This document shows, one piece after another, positions 1 through 8,498 of a stretch of 64,000 nt of DNA (position 1 is the first letter of the stretch; each line of letters begins with the position of its first letter). The notes beneath the pieces were generated by a model. It made no database searches. It was not told where the DNA came from and saw only the letters and a program-made list of their open reading frames with translations. The stretch comes from Elusimicrobiota bacterium. Lineage in GTDB: Bacteria > Elusimicrobiota > Elusimicrobia > UBA1565 > UBA9628. The translations under genes were made by a program, and so were the position numbers. The stretch lies in NCBI GenBank assembly GCA_027452025.1, contig DAIDHI010000086.1:15294-79293 (forward strand), in the 5' to 3' direction.

Positions 1-493
1 TGCCCGCCGACAGGATGGAGATGGAGTTGTTGATGACGGTCGCGACCGGATTGGTCGACGGCGTGATCGCGGCGACGACGCCGAAGGGGGCGTATTCGAC
101 CAGGGTCATGCCCTTGTCGCCCGTGAAGGCCTTGGCCTGGAGGTCCTCCACGCCGGGCGTGCGCAGCGCGCAGACGAGGTTTTTCTGGACTTTGTCCTCG
201 GCGCGGCCCATGCCGGTTTCCTCGCGCGCCAGGCGCGCCAGGCGCTCGGCGTTGGCGACGGAAACCTCGCGCATGGCCTTGATGATCTTGCGCCGGACCT
301 CGAGGCCGAGGTCCTGGAAGATCTTCTGGGCGCGCGCGGCGGCCGAGACCGCCGAGTCGACGCTCGAGTGGACCACGGCGTCGCACGTCGCGGCGTCGGG
401 CGCCGCAGCGCCGAAGGACGGCTTGAGGCCCTCGGTCTGTTCCAGGCGCTTGAGCACCTCGCCGACGATGCGCGCGATCTCCTCGGTCTGCAT
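1..493 (-). CDS. CoA-acylating aldehyde dehydrogenase (PduP/EutE-like), 5' part only (N-terminal ~164 aa; gene continues left of window)
   Basis: Minus-strand translation from ATG at 491-493 reads MQTEEIARIVGEVLKRLEQTEG...GDKGMTLVEYAPFGVVAAITPSTNPVATVINNSISILSAG. The VAAITPSTNP/ISILSAG region is typical of BMC-associated acylating aldehyde dehydrogenases. The ORF track misses it because no stop lies inside the window. Start sits 3 nt downstream of the EutN stop. Confidence 0.75.
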   Translation of the reverse strand, partial: MQTEEIARIVGEVLKRLEQTEGLKPSFGAAAPDAATCDAVVHSSVDSAVSAAARAQKIFQDLGLEVRRKIIKAMREVSVANAERLARLAREETGMGRAEDKVQKNLVCALRTPGVEDLQAKAFTGDKGMTLVEYAPFGVVAAITPSTNPVATVINNSISILSAG

Positions 494-496
494 GGA

Positions 497-811
497 CTAT
501 TTCCTCTCGACCGCGGCGTCCTCGCTCTTCTTGAACACGCGCTTGCCGCCCTGCTCCACGGTATCGACGATGGCGAAGATCACGGCGTCGACGGGCGTGT
601 TGCTGGTCCGGGTCGTCTGCCGGGCGCTGGAGCCCTGCACGAGCAAGACCAGCTCGCCTTCCCCGGCGCCGACGGCGTCGACGGCGACCATTGGGTTGCC
701 CTTGGCCCCGCCGGAGAGGTCGACGGCCTGGACGAGCAGAAGCTTGGTGCCGACGAGCTTCTCGTCCTTGAGCGTGCAGACGACGTTGCCCGTCACTCGG
801 GCAAAGATCAT
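497..811 (-). CDS. Bacterial microcompartment vertex protein (BMC-P; EutN/PduN/CcmL family)
   Basis: 104 aa, MIFARVTGNVVCT...KLLLVQ...AVDAVGAGEGELVLLVQGSSAR...VDAVIFAIVDTV aligns along its length with EutN/CcmL family sequences. Confidence 0.85.
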   Translation of the reverse strand: MIFARVTGNVVCTLKDEKLVGTKLLLVQAVDLSGGAKGNPMVAVDAVGAGEGELVLLVQGSSARQTTRTSNTPVDAVIFAIVDTVEQGGKRVFKKSEDAAVERK

Positions 812-825
812 AAGCGTCGCCCCGC

Positions 826-1122
826 TTAGCGCTTGCGGTTGAGGGTCTCGGGCAGCGAGATCGGCATCTTGCCCTCGAGATCCGGGTGCGGCTGCGGGAT
901 GACGTGGACGGCGACGAGCTCGCCCACCTTCTGCGCGGCGGCCCCGCCGGCGTCGCAGGCGGCCTTGCAGGCGGCGACCTCGCCGCGGAACAGCACGGTC
1001 ACAAGACCGGTGCCCACTTTCTCGTAGCCGACGAGCCTGACGTCGGCGGCCTTGACGGCGGCGTCGGCCGCCTCGACGCAGGCGACCAGCCCGCGCGTCT
1101 CGATCATACCCAGTGCGTTCAT
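826..1122 (-). CDS. Bacterial microcompartment hexameric shell protein (BMC-H; PduA/EutM/CcmK family)
   Basis: 98 aa, [57 protein letters not shown]...[10 protein letters not shown] is a near-canonical Pfam00936 BMC domain. Confidence 0.9.
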   Translation of the reverse strand: MNALGMIETRGLVACVEAADAAVKAADVRLVGYEKVGTGLVTVLFRGEVAACKAACDAGGAAAQKVGELVAVHVIPQPHPDLEGKMPISLPETLNRKR

Positions 1123-1141
1123 GCTTTCTCCCCCTTCGGCT

Positions 1142-1774
1142 TCAAACGATGTACGCCAAATCGCCCGTCTTGACCCCGGCGGCGTAGGCCTCGTCGGTGT
1201 CCAGGTGCAGCTCCAGCGAATATTTGTCGGAGACGCGCGCGATGCAGTCCTCGAAGATCGTGGAGCGCCCGCCGCCCGTGCCGCAGCGCAGGCGCAGCAG
1301 CTCGCCGCCTTTTACGCCGATGGCGGCCGCTTCCTTGGGCGCGAAGTGGACGTGGCGCTGCGCGACGATGACGCCTTCCTTGAGCTCGACTTGGCCGGCG
1401 GGGCCGATCAGCAGGGCCCCGGCCGAGCCCTTGACCTGCCCGGACTCGCGCACGGGCGGGTTGACTCCCAAGATATGGGCGTCGGTCCAGGCCAGCTCGA
1501 TCTGCGTGTGGTCGCGATACGGCGCGACCAGGCGCACTTTCTTGATCGAGCCCCGCGGCCCCTTGACCTCGATGGTCTCGGCCGCGGCCCAAAAGCCGGG
1601 CTGCTTGATGTCCTTGATGCGCTTGGGCTCGGCGGAAGCGCCGAAGAGGATTTTAAAATGCTCCTTGGTCAGATGGCAGTGGCGATTCGAGACGCCGATC
1701 GGAATGGGGACTTTGTTTCTCTCCATGCGCACCTTGAGCTCGGCGGCGATCTTGCCGGCGAGGTCCTCCGCCAC
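1142..1774 (-). CDS. pduL: Phosphate acyltransferase PduL-like (phosphotransacylase of BMC metabolosomes)
   Basis: 210 aa; the PduL signature [14 protein letters not shown] lies in the N-terminal half, with a second related half (AQRHVHF, 210 aa is the usual length for a two-repeat PduL). The N-terminal amphipathic helix [15 protein letters not shown] precedes the catalytic domain. The start overlaps the tpiA stop by 1 nt. Confidence 0.85.
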   Translation of the reverse strand: MAEDLAGKIAAELKVRMERNKVPIPIGVSNRHCHLTKEHFKILFGASAEPKRIKDIKQPGFWAAAETIEVKGPRGSIKKVRLVAPYRDHTQIELAWTDAHILGVNPPVRESGQVKGSAGALLIGPAGQVELKEGVIVAQRHVHFAPKEAAAIGVKGGELLRLRCGTGGGRSTIFEDCIARVSDKYSLELHLDTDEAYAAGVKTGDLAYIV

Positions 1775-2553
1775 TATTTCGCTCCCGCAGGCGCGTTGAA
1801 ATGCATGATCCTGAGGAAGGACTGCGCCTTGAGGCTGTCGCCTCCGACCAGGGCGCCGTCGAGGTCGGGCTGGGCCATCAGGGCGTCGACGTTCTCGGCC
1901 TTGACCGAGCCTCCGTAAAGGATGCGAAGGCCCGCGGCGAAGCCCTCGCCGTAGAGCCTCGCGCAGGTCTTGCGGATGAAAAGATGGGCCTCCTGGGCCT
2001 GGTCGGGCGTCGCGGTCTTTCCGGTGCCGATCGCCCAGACCGGCTCATAGGCGATCACGACGCGGGAGAGGTCCGCCGGGGCAAAGCCCTTGAGGCCGCC
2101 TTCGAGCTGCGTCTGCAGGACTTTGAAGGTCCTCTGCTCCTCGCGCTCCTGGAGGGTTTCGCCCACGCAGACGATCGGCATGAGCTCGGCCGCGAGAGCC
2201 GCCCGGAGCTTCCTGTTGACGGCCTCGTCGGTGTCGCCGAAGAGGCGCCGCCGCTCGCTGTGGCCGATGACGACGGCTTGGGCGCCGGCGTCGACGAGCA
2301 TGCCGGCGGAGACCTCGCCGGTGAAGGCGCCTTGCGCCTCCCAAAACAGGTCCTGGGCTCCGAGCTTGACCGGGCTGCCCTTGAGGACCTGGGCGACGAC
2401 GGAGACGGCCGTGAAGGGCACGCAGACGGCGACCTCGCCGGGCGCGCCGGCGCAGCCGTCCTTGACGGCCCGGGCCAGGTCCACGGACTGGGCCAGGGTC
2501 AGATGCATCTTCCAGTTTCCGGCGATGAGGGGACGGCGCAGAGGGGATGTCAT
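1774..2553 (-). CDS. tpiA: Triosephosphate isomerase, first gene of the BMC operon
   Basis: 259 aa with IAGNWKMH, GHSERR and AYEPVWAIGTGKTAT motifs. Confidence 0.9.
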   Translation of the reverse strand: MTSPLRRPLIAGNWKMHLTLAQSVDLARAVKDGCAGAPGEVAVCVPFTAVSVVAQVLKGSPVKLGAQDLFWEAQGAFTGEVSAGMLVDAGAQAVVIGHSERRRLFGDTDEAVNRKLRAALAAELMPIVCVGETLQEREEQRTFKVLQTQLEGGLKGFAPADLSRVVIAYEPVWAIGTGKTATPDQAQEAHLFIRKTCARLYGEGFAAGLRILYGGSVKAENVDALMAQPDLDGALVGGDSLKAQSFLRIMHFNAPAGAK

Positions 2554-2706
2554 AAAATCGTCAAAGTGTGGCCGTTTTGGCCACAGGGCGCTCCGTCGGG
2601 AGCGGACAGCCGATTCTAGCGCTTGGACAGCGCTCTGTCAACATACAAAGGAGACCGGAACGGCAAGCGCCGAGCGGCGCCGGGCGTCCGTCAGGAGGCT
2701 ATGCCG

Positions 2707-3315
2707 TCAGCCCGCGATGGAGTAGTCGGAGTAGGGAATCACGACTTCCCCCAGCGTCCCGGGATGGTAGTCTTCCTTAGAAAGCGCCTGCGGGCTGCGC
2801 CGCACCCGGATCGGGAAAACGTGGGCCTGGCGCGCGGCCTCCATGTCGGAGTCGCTGTCGCCGAAGAACAGGAGATAGTTGCCGGCCCGCAGCAGCTGCA
2901 GGCGCGCCCCGGGGTCCTTGGCGAACAGGAACCGGCCGGGCGGGATCAAGTGGCGCCAATCCTTCTTGAGGCCGCCGGCGTCGATGGCCGGGCGCGACGT
3001 GATCACCGCCACCCGGAAGCCGAAGAGGCGGAACGTCCAGGCGAGGAGATAGGGGACGACTTGCGGCCGCTCGACGTCGTAGGACTTGTTGACGATGGAC
3101 CAGAAGGCGTCGGAATAGCGCTGGACCGGGCTTGCGAAGGCGCGCTCGTAAGCCGGCTTGGAGAAGACCAGCGTGTCGTCGTAGTCGAAAGCCACGCCGA
3201 AGCGGCCGATCGTCACGACGCTGAAGACCAAGCCCCACAGGCAAAGCGCCGCCATCAGGCGCTTCAACCGCGTCCAATAGAGTTCGGCTTTGTCGCGGAC
3301 ATGCTTAAGGGCCAT
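2707..3315 (-). CDS. HAD-superfamily class B acid phosphatase-like protein (AphA/OlpA-like), membrane-anchored or secreted
   Basis: 202 aa; HAD motif I FDYDDTLVF and motif IV GDSDSD; N-terminal hydrophobic segment LMAALCLWGLVFSVVTI. Confidence 0.6.
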   Translation of the reverse strand: MALKHVRDKAELYWTRLKRLMAALCLWGLVFSVVTIGRFGVAFDYDDTLVFSKPAYERAFASPVQRYSDAFWSIVNKSYDVERPQVVPYLLAWTFRLFGFRVAVITSRPAIDAGGLKKDWRHLIPPGRFLFAKDPGARLQLLRAGNYLLFFGDSDSDMEAARQAHVFPIRVRRSPQALSKEDYHPGTLGEVVIPYSDYSIAG

Positions 3316-4849
3316 GGACTGCCTCCATCGCCGTCGTCTCCGGAGTCATGCGCCCGGACGCCGGCGGCTCGATCGTCGCCTCGCGGCGGGCGCAGTCGGC
3401 GAGCATGTCGCGCCACAGCAGGCGGGTGAAATCCTTCTTCTCGGAGCGGGCGAAGGCGGAGTAGCCGTCGCCGCCGCGCACGAGGAAATCGATGGTCGAG
3501 ACGCGATACGACGCGCGCGCATCGAGAGGCTTGCCGCCGATGAGCACGTCGCGGACCCGGTGTCCGCGGGGGGCGCCGCGGTCGTAGCGCAGCGTCACGC
3601 CGGAGACCTGGATCATGCCCTTGTCCCTGTCGACGCCGTGGTCGAGCATCTCTCGCACGAGCTTGCCGTCCATCGTCAGATTGGCGGCGTAGTTGTCGAA
3701 GGGCATGATGTCGTAGATCGCGCGCAGGGTCACCGGCCCGGCCGTCATGTCGGCGCGGATGCCTCCCGCGTTCTGGACGGCGATATCGGCGCCCGACTGG
3801 GCCCGGGCGCAGTCCGTCATCCAGTCGCCGAGCGGCGATTCCGCGTCGGACTCCCGCTTAAGGTCGCTCGTCGCCGTCGCGATCGCCACGTCGAAGCGGC
3901 GCCGGACCTCGTCCTCGTAGGGCTTGAGCAGCGCGAGGATCCTCGGATCCTGGCCGTGCTCGTCCACCCACAGAGTGATCAGCCGGCCGCTGGAACGCTT
4001 CACCTTCTTGCTCGCGGGATCGATATCGAGCACCACTTGGCCGACGTCCGAAAGGTAGGAGCCCGCCTGGACGATGAGCGTGCCGTGCTTGGGGTCATGC
4101 TGGGGATCGCGCACGAACGTGTGCGTATGGCCGCCGACGATGACGTCGATGCCCGGCACCTCTCGGGCAATCGTCTGGTCGCCCACGAACGGTCCCATCC
4201 TGGGACTCTCGTAGCCGACGTGGGTGACGGCGATGATGACCGTGGCGCCTTCCTTGCGCAAAGCCCTGACCTGCCTCTTCGCCTGCTCCACCTCGCCGCG
4301 GAAGCGCAGCCCGCGAATGTTTTCCGGAAACTCCAGGCCGCGCATGGCCGTGGTCAGCAGGCCGAAGATGCCGATCTTGACGCCGTCCACCGTCTTGACG
4401 ACGCGCGGCGCCAGGTAAGGCACGCGCCGGCCCGTCTTCTCGCTGTAGACGTTGGCGCCGAGAACGGGCATCTTAAAGAGCGTTACCAGCCGCTGGAGGT
4501 TGGCCTCCCCGAAATCGAAGTCGTGGTTGCCGACTTCCACGGCGTCGTAGCCGAGGGCGTTGAAGGCGTCGACGAGCGAGCGTCCTTTGGAGAGATTGCC
4601 CTCGGGAGTGCCCTGGAACCAGTCGCCGGCGTCGAGCAGCAGCTTGGGCCTCGGGTCGCTCTTGACCACGTTGGAGAGCGCCGCGAAGCCTCCGACGAGA
4701 TCGTCGGGCCTCTTGGAGAACGTCGCCGGCCGCGCCATCACCCAGCCGTGGACGTCGTTGGTGTGGTAGATCACGATCTGGAGGTCGGCGGCGCCGGCGC
4801 GGGCGCTCAAGCCCGCGGCGAGGGCGAAGGCCAGCAGGATGCGCCTCAC
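3305..4849 (-). CDS. Secreted bifunctional metallophosphatase/5'-nucleotidase (UshA family)
   Basis: 514 aa; signal peptide MRRILLAFALAAGLSARAGA; calcineurin-like motifs HTNDVHG, DAGDWFQG, GNHDFDFG, GGHTHT; C-terminal 5'-nucleotidase domain. Confidence 0.8.
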   Translation of the reverse strand: MRRILLAFALAAGLSARAGAADLQIVIYHTNDVHGWVMARPATFSKRPDDLVGGFAALSNVVKSDPRPKLLLDAGDWFQGTPEGNLSKGRSLVDAFNALGYDAVEVGNHDFDFGEANLQRLVTLFKMPVLGANVYSEKTGRRVPYLAPRVVKTVDGVKIGIFGLLTTAMRGLEFPENIRGLRFRGEVEQAKRQVRALRKEGATVIIAVTHVGYESPRMGPFVGDQTIAREVPGIDVIVGGHTHTFVRDPQHDPKHGTLIVQAGSYLSDVGQVVLDIDPASKKVKRSSGRLITLWVDEHGQDPRILALLKPYEDEVRRRFDVAIATATSDLKRESDAESPLGDWMTDCARAQSGADIAVQNAGGIRADMTAGPVTLRAIYDIMPFDNYAANLTMDGKLVREMLDHGVDRDKGMIQVSGVTLRYDRGAPRGHRVRDVLIGGKPLDARASYRVSTIDFLVRGGDGYSAFARSEKKDFTRLLWRDMLADCARREATIEPPASGRMTPETTAMEAVHGP

Positions 4850-5403
4850 GGCCGCGCCGCCCCCAGAGCCTGCGCCAACTCCTCGGCGGCTTCCTGCGCC
4901 GCGTCGGCCGCGTGAGAAAAACGGCGCAGGACGGACTCGCCGGCCAGGCCGCGGACGAAACGGACGTCCGCCCAGGCGCGCGCGCGGGCCTCGCGCTGCA
5001 GCCGCTCGACGTCCCGGGCGGCCCCCTTGGCGCTCGCCAAAGCCTCCTCGCAGGACGCGCCGGGCCAGCCGCGCACGGCCGCTTTCAGGGCGGCGACGCT
5101 GCGCTCGAGGCGCGCGGCCATCGCGCGCGTGCGGCGGTCGGGCTCGACGCCGAAGCGTCGGGCCTCCTCCGCGCAGCGCCCGGCATGGTCGGCGAGGCGA
5201 TCGAGGGCGCGGCAGGCGCTTTGCAGCTCGGGCGGGACGGCCGGCCGGAGAGCGCGCGAGTCCAGGGCCGCCTGGCGGCGGCAGAGGTCGGCGCGGCCCG
5301 CGGCCTGAGCCGAGGGCGCCAGGAAGAACGCCCGAGCGGCGGCGGCGACGGCGGCCGTCGACTCGACGTGGCCGAGCAAGGCGGCCTTGGAGATGGCGGT
5401 CAC
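4846..5403 (-). CDS. Hypothetical Ala/Arg-rich helical protein
   Basis: 185-aa ORF with a GTG start overlapping the asnB stop (GTGA). No recognisable family; the composition could partly be a high-GC artefact. Confidence 0.3.
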   Translation of the reverse strand: MTAISKAALLGHVESTAAVAAAARAFFLAPSAQAAGRADLCRRQAALDSRALRPAVPPELQSACRALDRLADHAGRCAEEARRFGVEPDRRTRAMAARLERSVAALKAAVRGWPGASCEEALASAKGAARDVERLQREARARAWADVRFVRGLAGESVLRRFSHAADAAQEAAEELAQALGAARP

Positions 5404-7262
5404 GGCGCCGTCATTGTACTATTTCGAGCCAGCGACTGTAGCCAAAGGCCCAGGATGGCGGCGCGAAAGAACAGCCCGCTGTCGATGGGCGCGCCGGCGG
5501 CGAGCTCGCGCCGCATGAACTTGAGCCGCTCCATGTCGAAGAGGCCGGCCTGGGCCAAGGTCCGGTCCTCGACCAGGGCGTCGAGGACGGGATTTCGCGG
5601 GGCGCGCACCCAGGCCTCCCAGGGCACGATGAAGCCGTGCTTGCGCCGCCAAACGATGGAGGAGGGCAAGTAGCGCGCCGCCACGCGGCGCAGAAGATAT
5701 TTGCCCTTGAAGTGGCGGATCTTGAAGTCGGCGGGCAGACCGAGGGCGTATTCGACGACCGGAACGTTCAGGAAGGGCACGCGCGCCTCCAGGGAAGCGC
5801 GCATAGTCGACTTGTCCACTTTCATGAGCAGGGAGTCGCAAAGCACCGTGCGCAAGTCGAAGACCAGCGCGTCGCGCAGCCGCCCCATCCCGTCGAAGTC
5901 CTTGAGCCAGTCCAGCGGATCGCCGCGCCGCGACGCCTGCCAGAAATCCGGATGGAGCAGGCCCTGCAGGTCCTCGGGCTGGGCCTCGGCCGTGGCGCGC
6001 GCCCACTGGTGGGCGCTGTCGTAGGGCAGCCGGGAGAAGACCTCCCCTTTCCCCAGGCGCCGAGCCAGCGCCGACGCCGGACCGCGCGTCCAGCCGGGCA
6101 GCCGGCGCAGCCTCTCGTTGAGCCAGGCGGCCTTGTAGCGGTTGTAGCCGGCGAAAAGCTCGTCGGCGCCCTCGCCGGTCAGCGCGACCTTGACCGTCTT
6201 TCGCGCGAACTGCGAGAGCAGGAACGTGGGCAGGATCGCGGAGTCGGCGATAGGCTCGTCGAGAAAGGCGACGGACTCCTCCAGGCGGTCGAGTACCCGC
6301 GCCGGCAGCATGAGCTCGTGGTGCTCGGTGCCGAGGTGGGCCGCCGCCTCGCGCGCGAAGCCCGACTCGTCGACCCCCGAGGCCGCCCCCTCGAAGCCCA
6401 CCGAGAAGGTCTGGACCTTGCGCCCCCCGGCGTGGCGGGTCATGTAGGCGGCCACCAGGCTCGAATCCACGCCGCCGGACAAAAACGCCCCGACCGGTAC
6501 GTCGGAGAGCATCGCGCCGCGCACGGACTCGGAGAGGAGCCGGTCGAGCGTGTCCTCGGCTTGCCCCAAGGTCTCGGGGCGGCGCCCGCCCTCGTCGGGG
6601 ACCTTCCAGAAGCGGGTCAGCCGCAGCCCCGAGGCGTCGAGGCGTAGGAAGTGCCCGGGCGAGAGCTTGAGGACGTCTCGCAGGATCGTGCGTGGAGCGT
6701 GAACCTTGCCGAAGGAGAGGTAGTCGAGCGCCCCCGCGTGGTCGAGCGCGGTGGAGACGCCGCCGGCCAGCAGCGAGCGCAGCTCGGAGGAGAAAAGCAG
6801 GCGCTTGCCGTCGAAGTTGTAGTAGAGGGGCTTGATGCCGATCGGATCGCGCGCGAGCGTCAGCTCCTGCTTGGCCGAGTCCCAGACGCCGACGGCGAAC
6901 ATGCCGACCAGTCGCTTGAAGGCGCCCGGACCTTGCCGCTCGTAGAGGCGCAGGATCGTCTCGGTATCGGCGCGGGTCTTGAACTTGGCGCCCGCGGCCT
7001 CAAGCTCGCGGCGAAGCTCGGGATGGTTGTAGATCTCGCCGTTGAATACGATCGTCAGCCGCCCGTCGTCCGACGACATCGGCTGGTGCCCGCGCTCGAG
7101 ATCGAGTATGGAGAGCCGTCGAAAGCCGAAGGCCGCGCCGCCGCCGGCGAACTCGCCCTCGTCGTCGGGCCCGCGATGCGCGAGCGCGGCGCGCATGCGC
7201 CGCACGGCGTCCTGAGGCGCCGGCGCGCCGTCGACGCTGACCGCCCCGCAGATGCCGCACAT
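5400..7262 (-). CDS. asnB: Asparagine synthase (glutamine-hydrolysing)
   Basis: 620 aa beginning MCGICG (class II glutamine amidotransferase nucleophile), followed by the asparagine synthase adenylation domain SGGVDSS. Confidence 0.9.
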   Translation of the reverse strand: MCGICGAVSVDGAPAPQDAVRRMRAALAHRGPDDEGEFAGGGAAFGFRRLSILDLERGHQPMSSDDGRLTIVFNGEIYNHPELRRELEAAGAKFKTRADTETILRLYERQGPGAFKRLVGMFAVGVWDSAKQELTLARDPIGIKPLYYNFDGKRLLFSSELRSLLAGGVSTALDHAGALDYLSFGKVHAPRTILRDVLKLSPGHFLRLDASGLRLTRFWKVPDEGGRRPETLGQAEDTLDRLLSESVRGAMLSDVPVGAFLSGGVDSSLVAAYMTRHAGGRKVQTFSVGFEGAASGVDESGFAREAAAHLGTEHHELMLPARVLDRLEESVAFLDEPIADSAILPTFLLSQFARKTVKVALTGEGADELFAGYNRYKAAWLNERLRRLPGWTRGPASALARRLGKGEVFSRLPYDSAHQWARATAEAQPEDLQGLLHPDFWQASRRGDPLDWLKDFDGMGRLRDALVFDLRTVLCDSLLMKVDKSTMRASLEARVPFLNVPVVEYALGLPADFKIRHFKGKYLLRRVAARYLPSSIVWRRKHGFIVPWEAWVRAPRNPVLDALVEDRTLAQAGLFDMERLKFMRRELAAGAPIDSGLFFRAAILGLWLQSLARNSTMTAP

Positions 7263-7268
7263 GGAGGT

Positions 7269-7586
7269 CTACTCGAAGAACTTGAAGTCCGGCTCGCGGC
7301 GCGGCCGCTCGACGAACTCGGGCAGGAAGCGTCCGTAACGGTAGACGGCCGCGGCCAGCGCCACGCAGGAGAGGCCATAGACCAGCTCGAAGCCGCCGTA
7401 GCGCAGCCACTGAGCCTGGGTGACGAACTGCCACTTCTGGGCCGAGTAGAGATTGGCCTCCGGCTCGCCCCAGAACAGGTCGTAGACGGCCTTTGCGGAT
7501 ACCGCCGCCCCCCAGGGCGCCAATAAAAAGGAAAAGATCCGCGTGAGTCCGCGGATCTTGACCTTTTCGAGGACCGGCGCAGCCAA
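7269..7586 (-). CDS. Hypothetical small membrane protein
   Basis: 105 aa with two predicted hydrophobic helices; sits between asnB and rpsI on the same strand. Confidence 0.35.
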   Translation of the reverse strand: MAAPVLEKVKIRGLTRIFSFLLAPWGAAVSAKAVYDLFWGEPEANLYSAQKWQFVTQAQWLRYGGFELVYGLSCVALAAAVYRYGRFLPEFVERPRREPDFKFFE

Positions 7587-7590
7587 GGGC

Positions 7591-7995
7591 TTAGCGCTTC
7601 GAGTACTGGAACCGCTTGCGGGCCTTGGGCTGGCCGCTCTTCTTGCGCTCGACCATGCGCGGGTCGCGCGTCAGGAAGCCCTCGGCGCGCATGACCTTGC
7701 GGTTCTTCTCGTCGAGCTTGACGAGAGCGCGGGCGATGGCGTGCCGGCCGGCCTGAGCCTGCCCGGTGGTCCCGCCGCCGATGATCTTGAGGATGAAGTC
7801 GAATTTCTTGGCCGCCTCGACGAGGCCGATGGGGGCCAGGATGTCGCGCTGCTGGTGCTCCTGACCGCGGAAGTAGGCCGCGACGGGCTTGGCGTTGACG
7901 GTGACCTTGCCCTCGCCGTTGGGGATCATGCGCACCTGCGCCACCGACGTCTTGCGGCGGCCGGTGGCCCGGATGTAATCGTTCTTGATGGCCAT
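7591..7995 (-). CDS. rpsI: 30S ribosomal protein S9
   Basis: 134 aa, GRRKTSVAQVRM...GGGTTGQAQA...KRFQYSKR is canonical S9. Confidence 0.95.
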   Translation of the reverse strand: MAIKNDYIRATGRRKTSVAQVRMIPNGEGKVTVNAKPVAAYFRGQEHQQRDILAPIGLVEAAKKFDFILKIIGGGTTGQAQAGRHAIARALVKLDEKNRKVMRAEGFLTRDPRMVERKKSGQPKARKRFQYSKR

Positions 7996-7998
7996 GGG

Positions 7999-8436
7999 TT
8001 AAGCTGCCTTCTTGGAATTCGCGGCGGCGTGAGGGTGCTTGTCGCCGGGGTATATCTTGAGCCGCGCCAACTGCTTGCGGCGCAAGCGGTTGTCGCGGAT
8101 CATGCGCTTGACGGCCATATAGACCACCTTGCGCGGGTCCTTCTCCATCACGCGCGCCACCGGCGTGGTCTTGGCCCCGCCCGCGTAGCCCGAGTGGCTG
8201 AAGTAGAACTTCTGCGTCATCTTGTTGCCGGTCAGCCGAACGTGCGCGGCGTTGGTGATGACGACGAAATCCCCGCAATCCACGAAATCGGTGTAGGTCG
8301 GCTTGTGCTTGCCGCGCAGAAGCGTGGCAGCCTTGGTGGCCATGCGCCCGAGGACCTGGCCTTTCGCGTCGATGAGATGCCAGCGGCGCTCGGCGCTGGC
8401 CTGGGACGGCTTATGGATGTAGGTGTTCTGCGGCAT
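7999..8436 (-). CDS. rplM: 50S ribosomal protein L13
   Basis: 145 aa, RWHLIDAKGQVLGRMATKAATLLRGKHKPTYT is canonical L13. Confidence 0.95.
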   Translation of the reverse strand: MPQNTYIHKPSQASAERRWHLIDAKGQVLGRMATKAATLLRGKHKPTYTDFVDCGDFVVITNAAHVRLTGNKMTQKFYFSHSGYAGGAKTTPVARVMEKDPRKVVYMAVKRMIRDNRLRRKQLARLKIYPGDKHPHAAANSKKAA

Positions 8437-8498
8437 AGGTGGACATATTACACTATTTCGACGACGGAGACAATCAATTTGTCACGCTCTCCACGAGC

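Noticed and set aside
15-842. Plus-strand ORFs 15..842 and 368..829 across the BMC shell/aldehyde dehydrogenase genes
   Set aside because: Antisense to well-supported minus-strand genes (EutN, aldehyde dehydrogenase). The Ala/Arg/Ser-rich translations have no family resemblance; high-GC open-frame artefacts.
3290-4915. 541-aa plus-strand ORF antisense to the 5'-nucleotidase gene
   Set aside because: The minus-strand frame encodes a complete, motif-bearing UshA-family enzyme. The plus-strand translation is Arg/Gly/Ala-rich noise.
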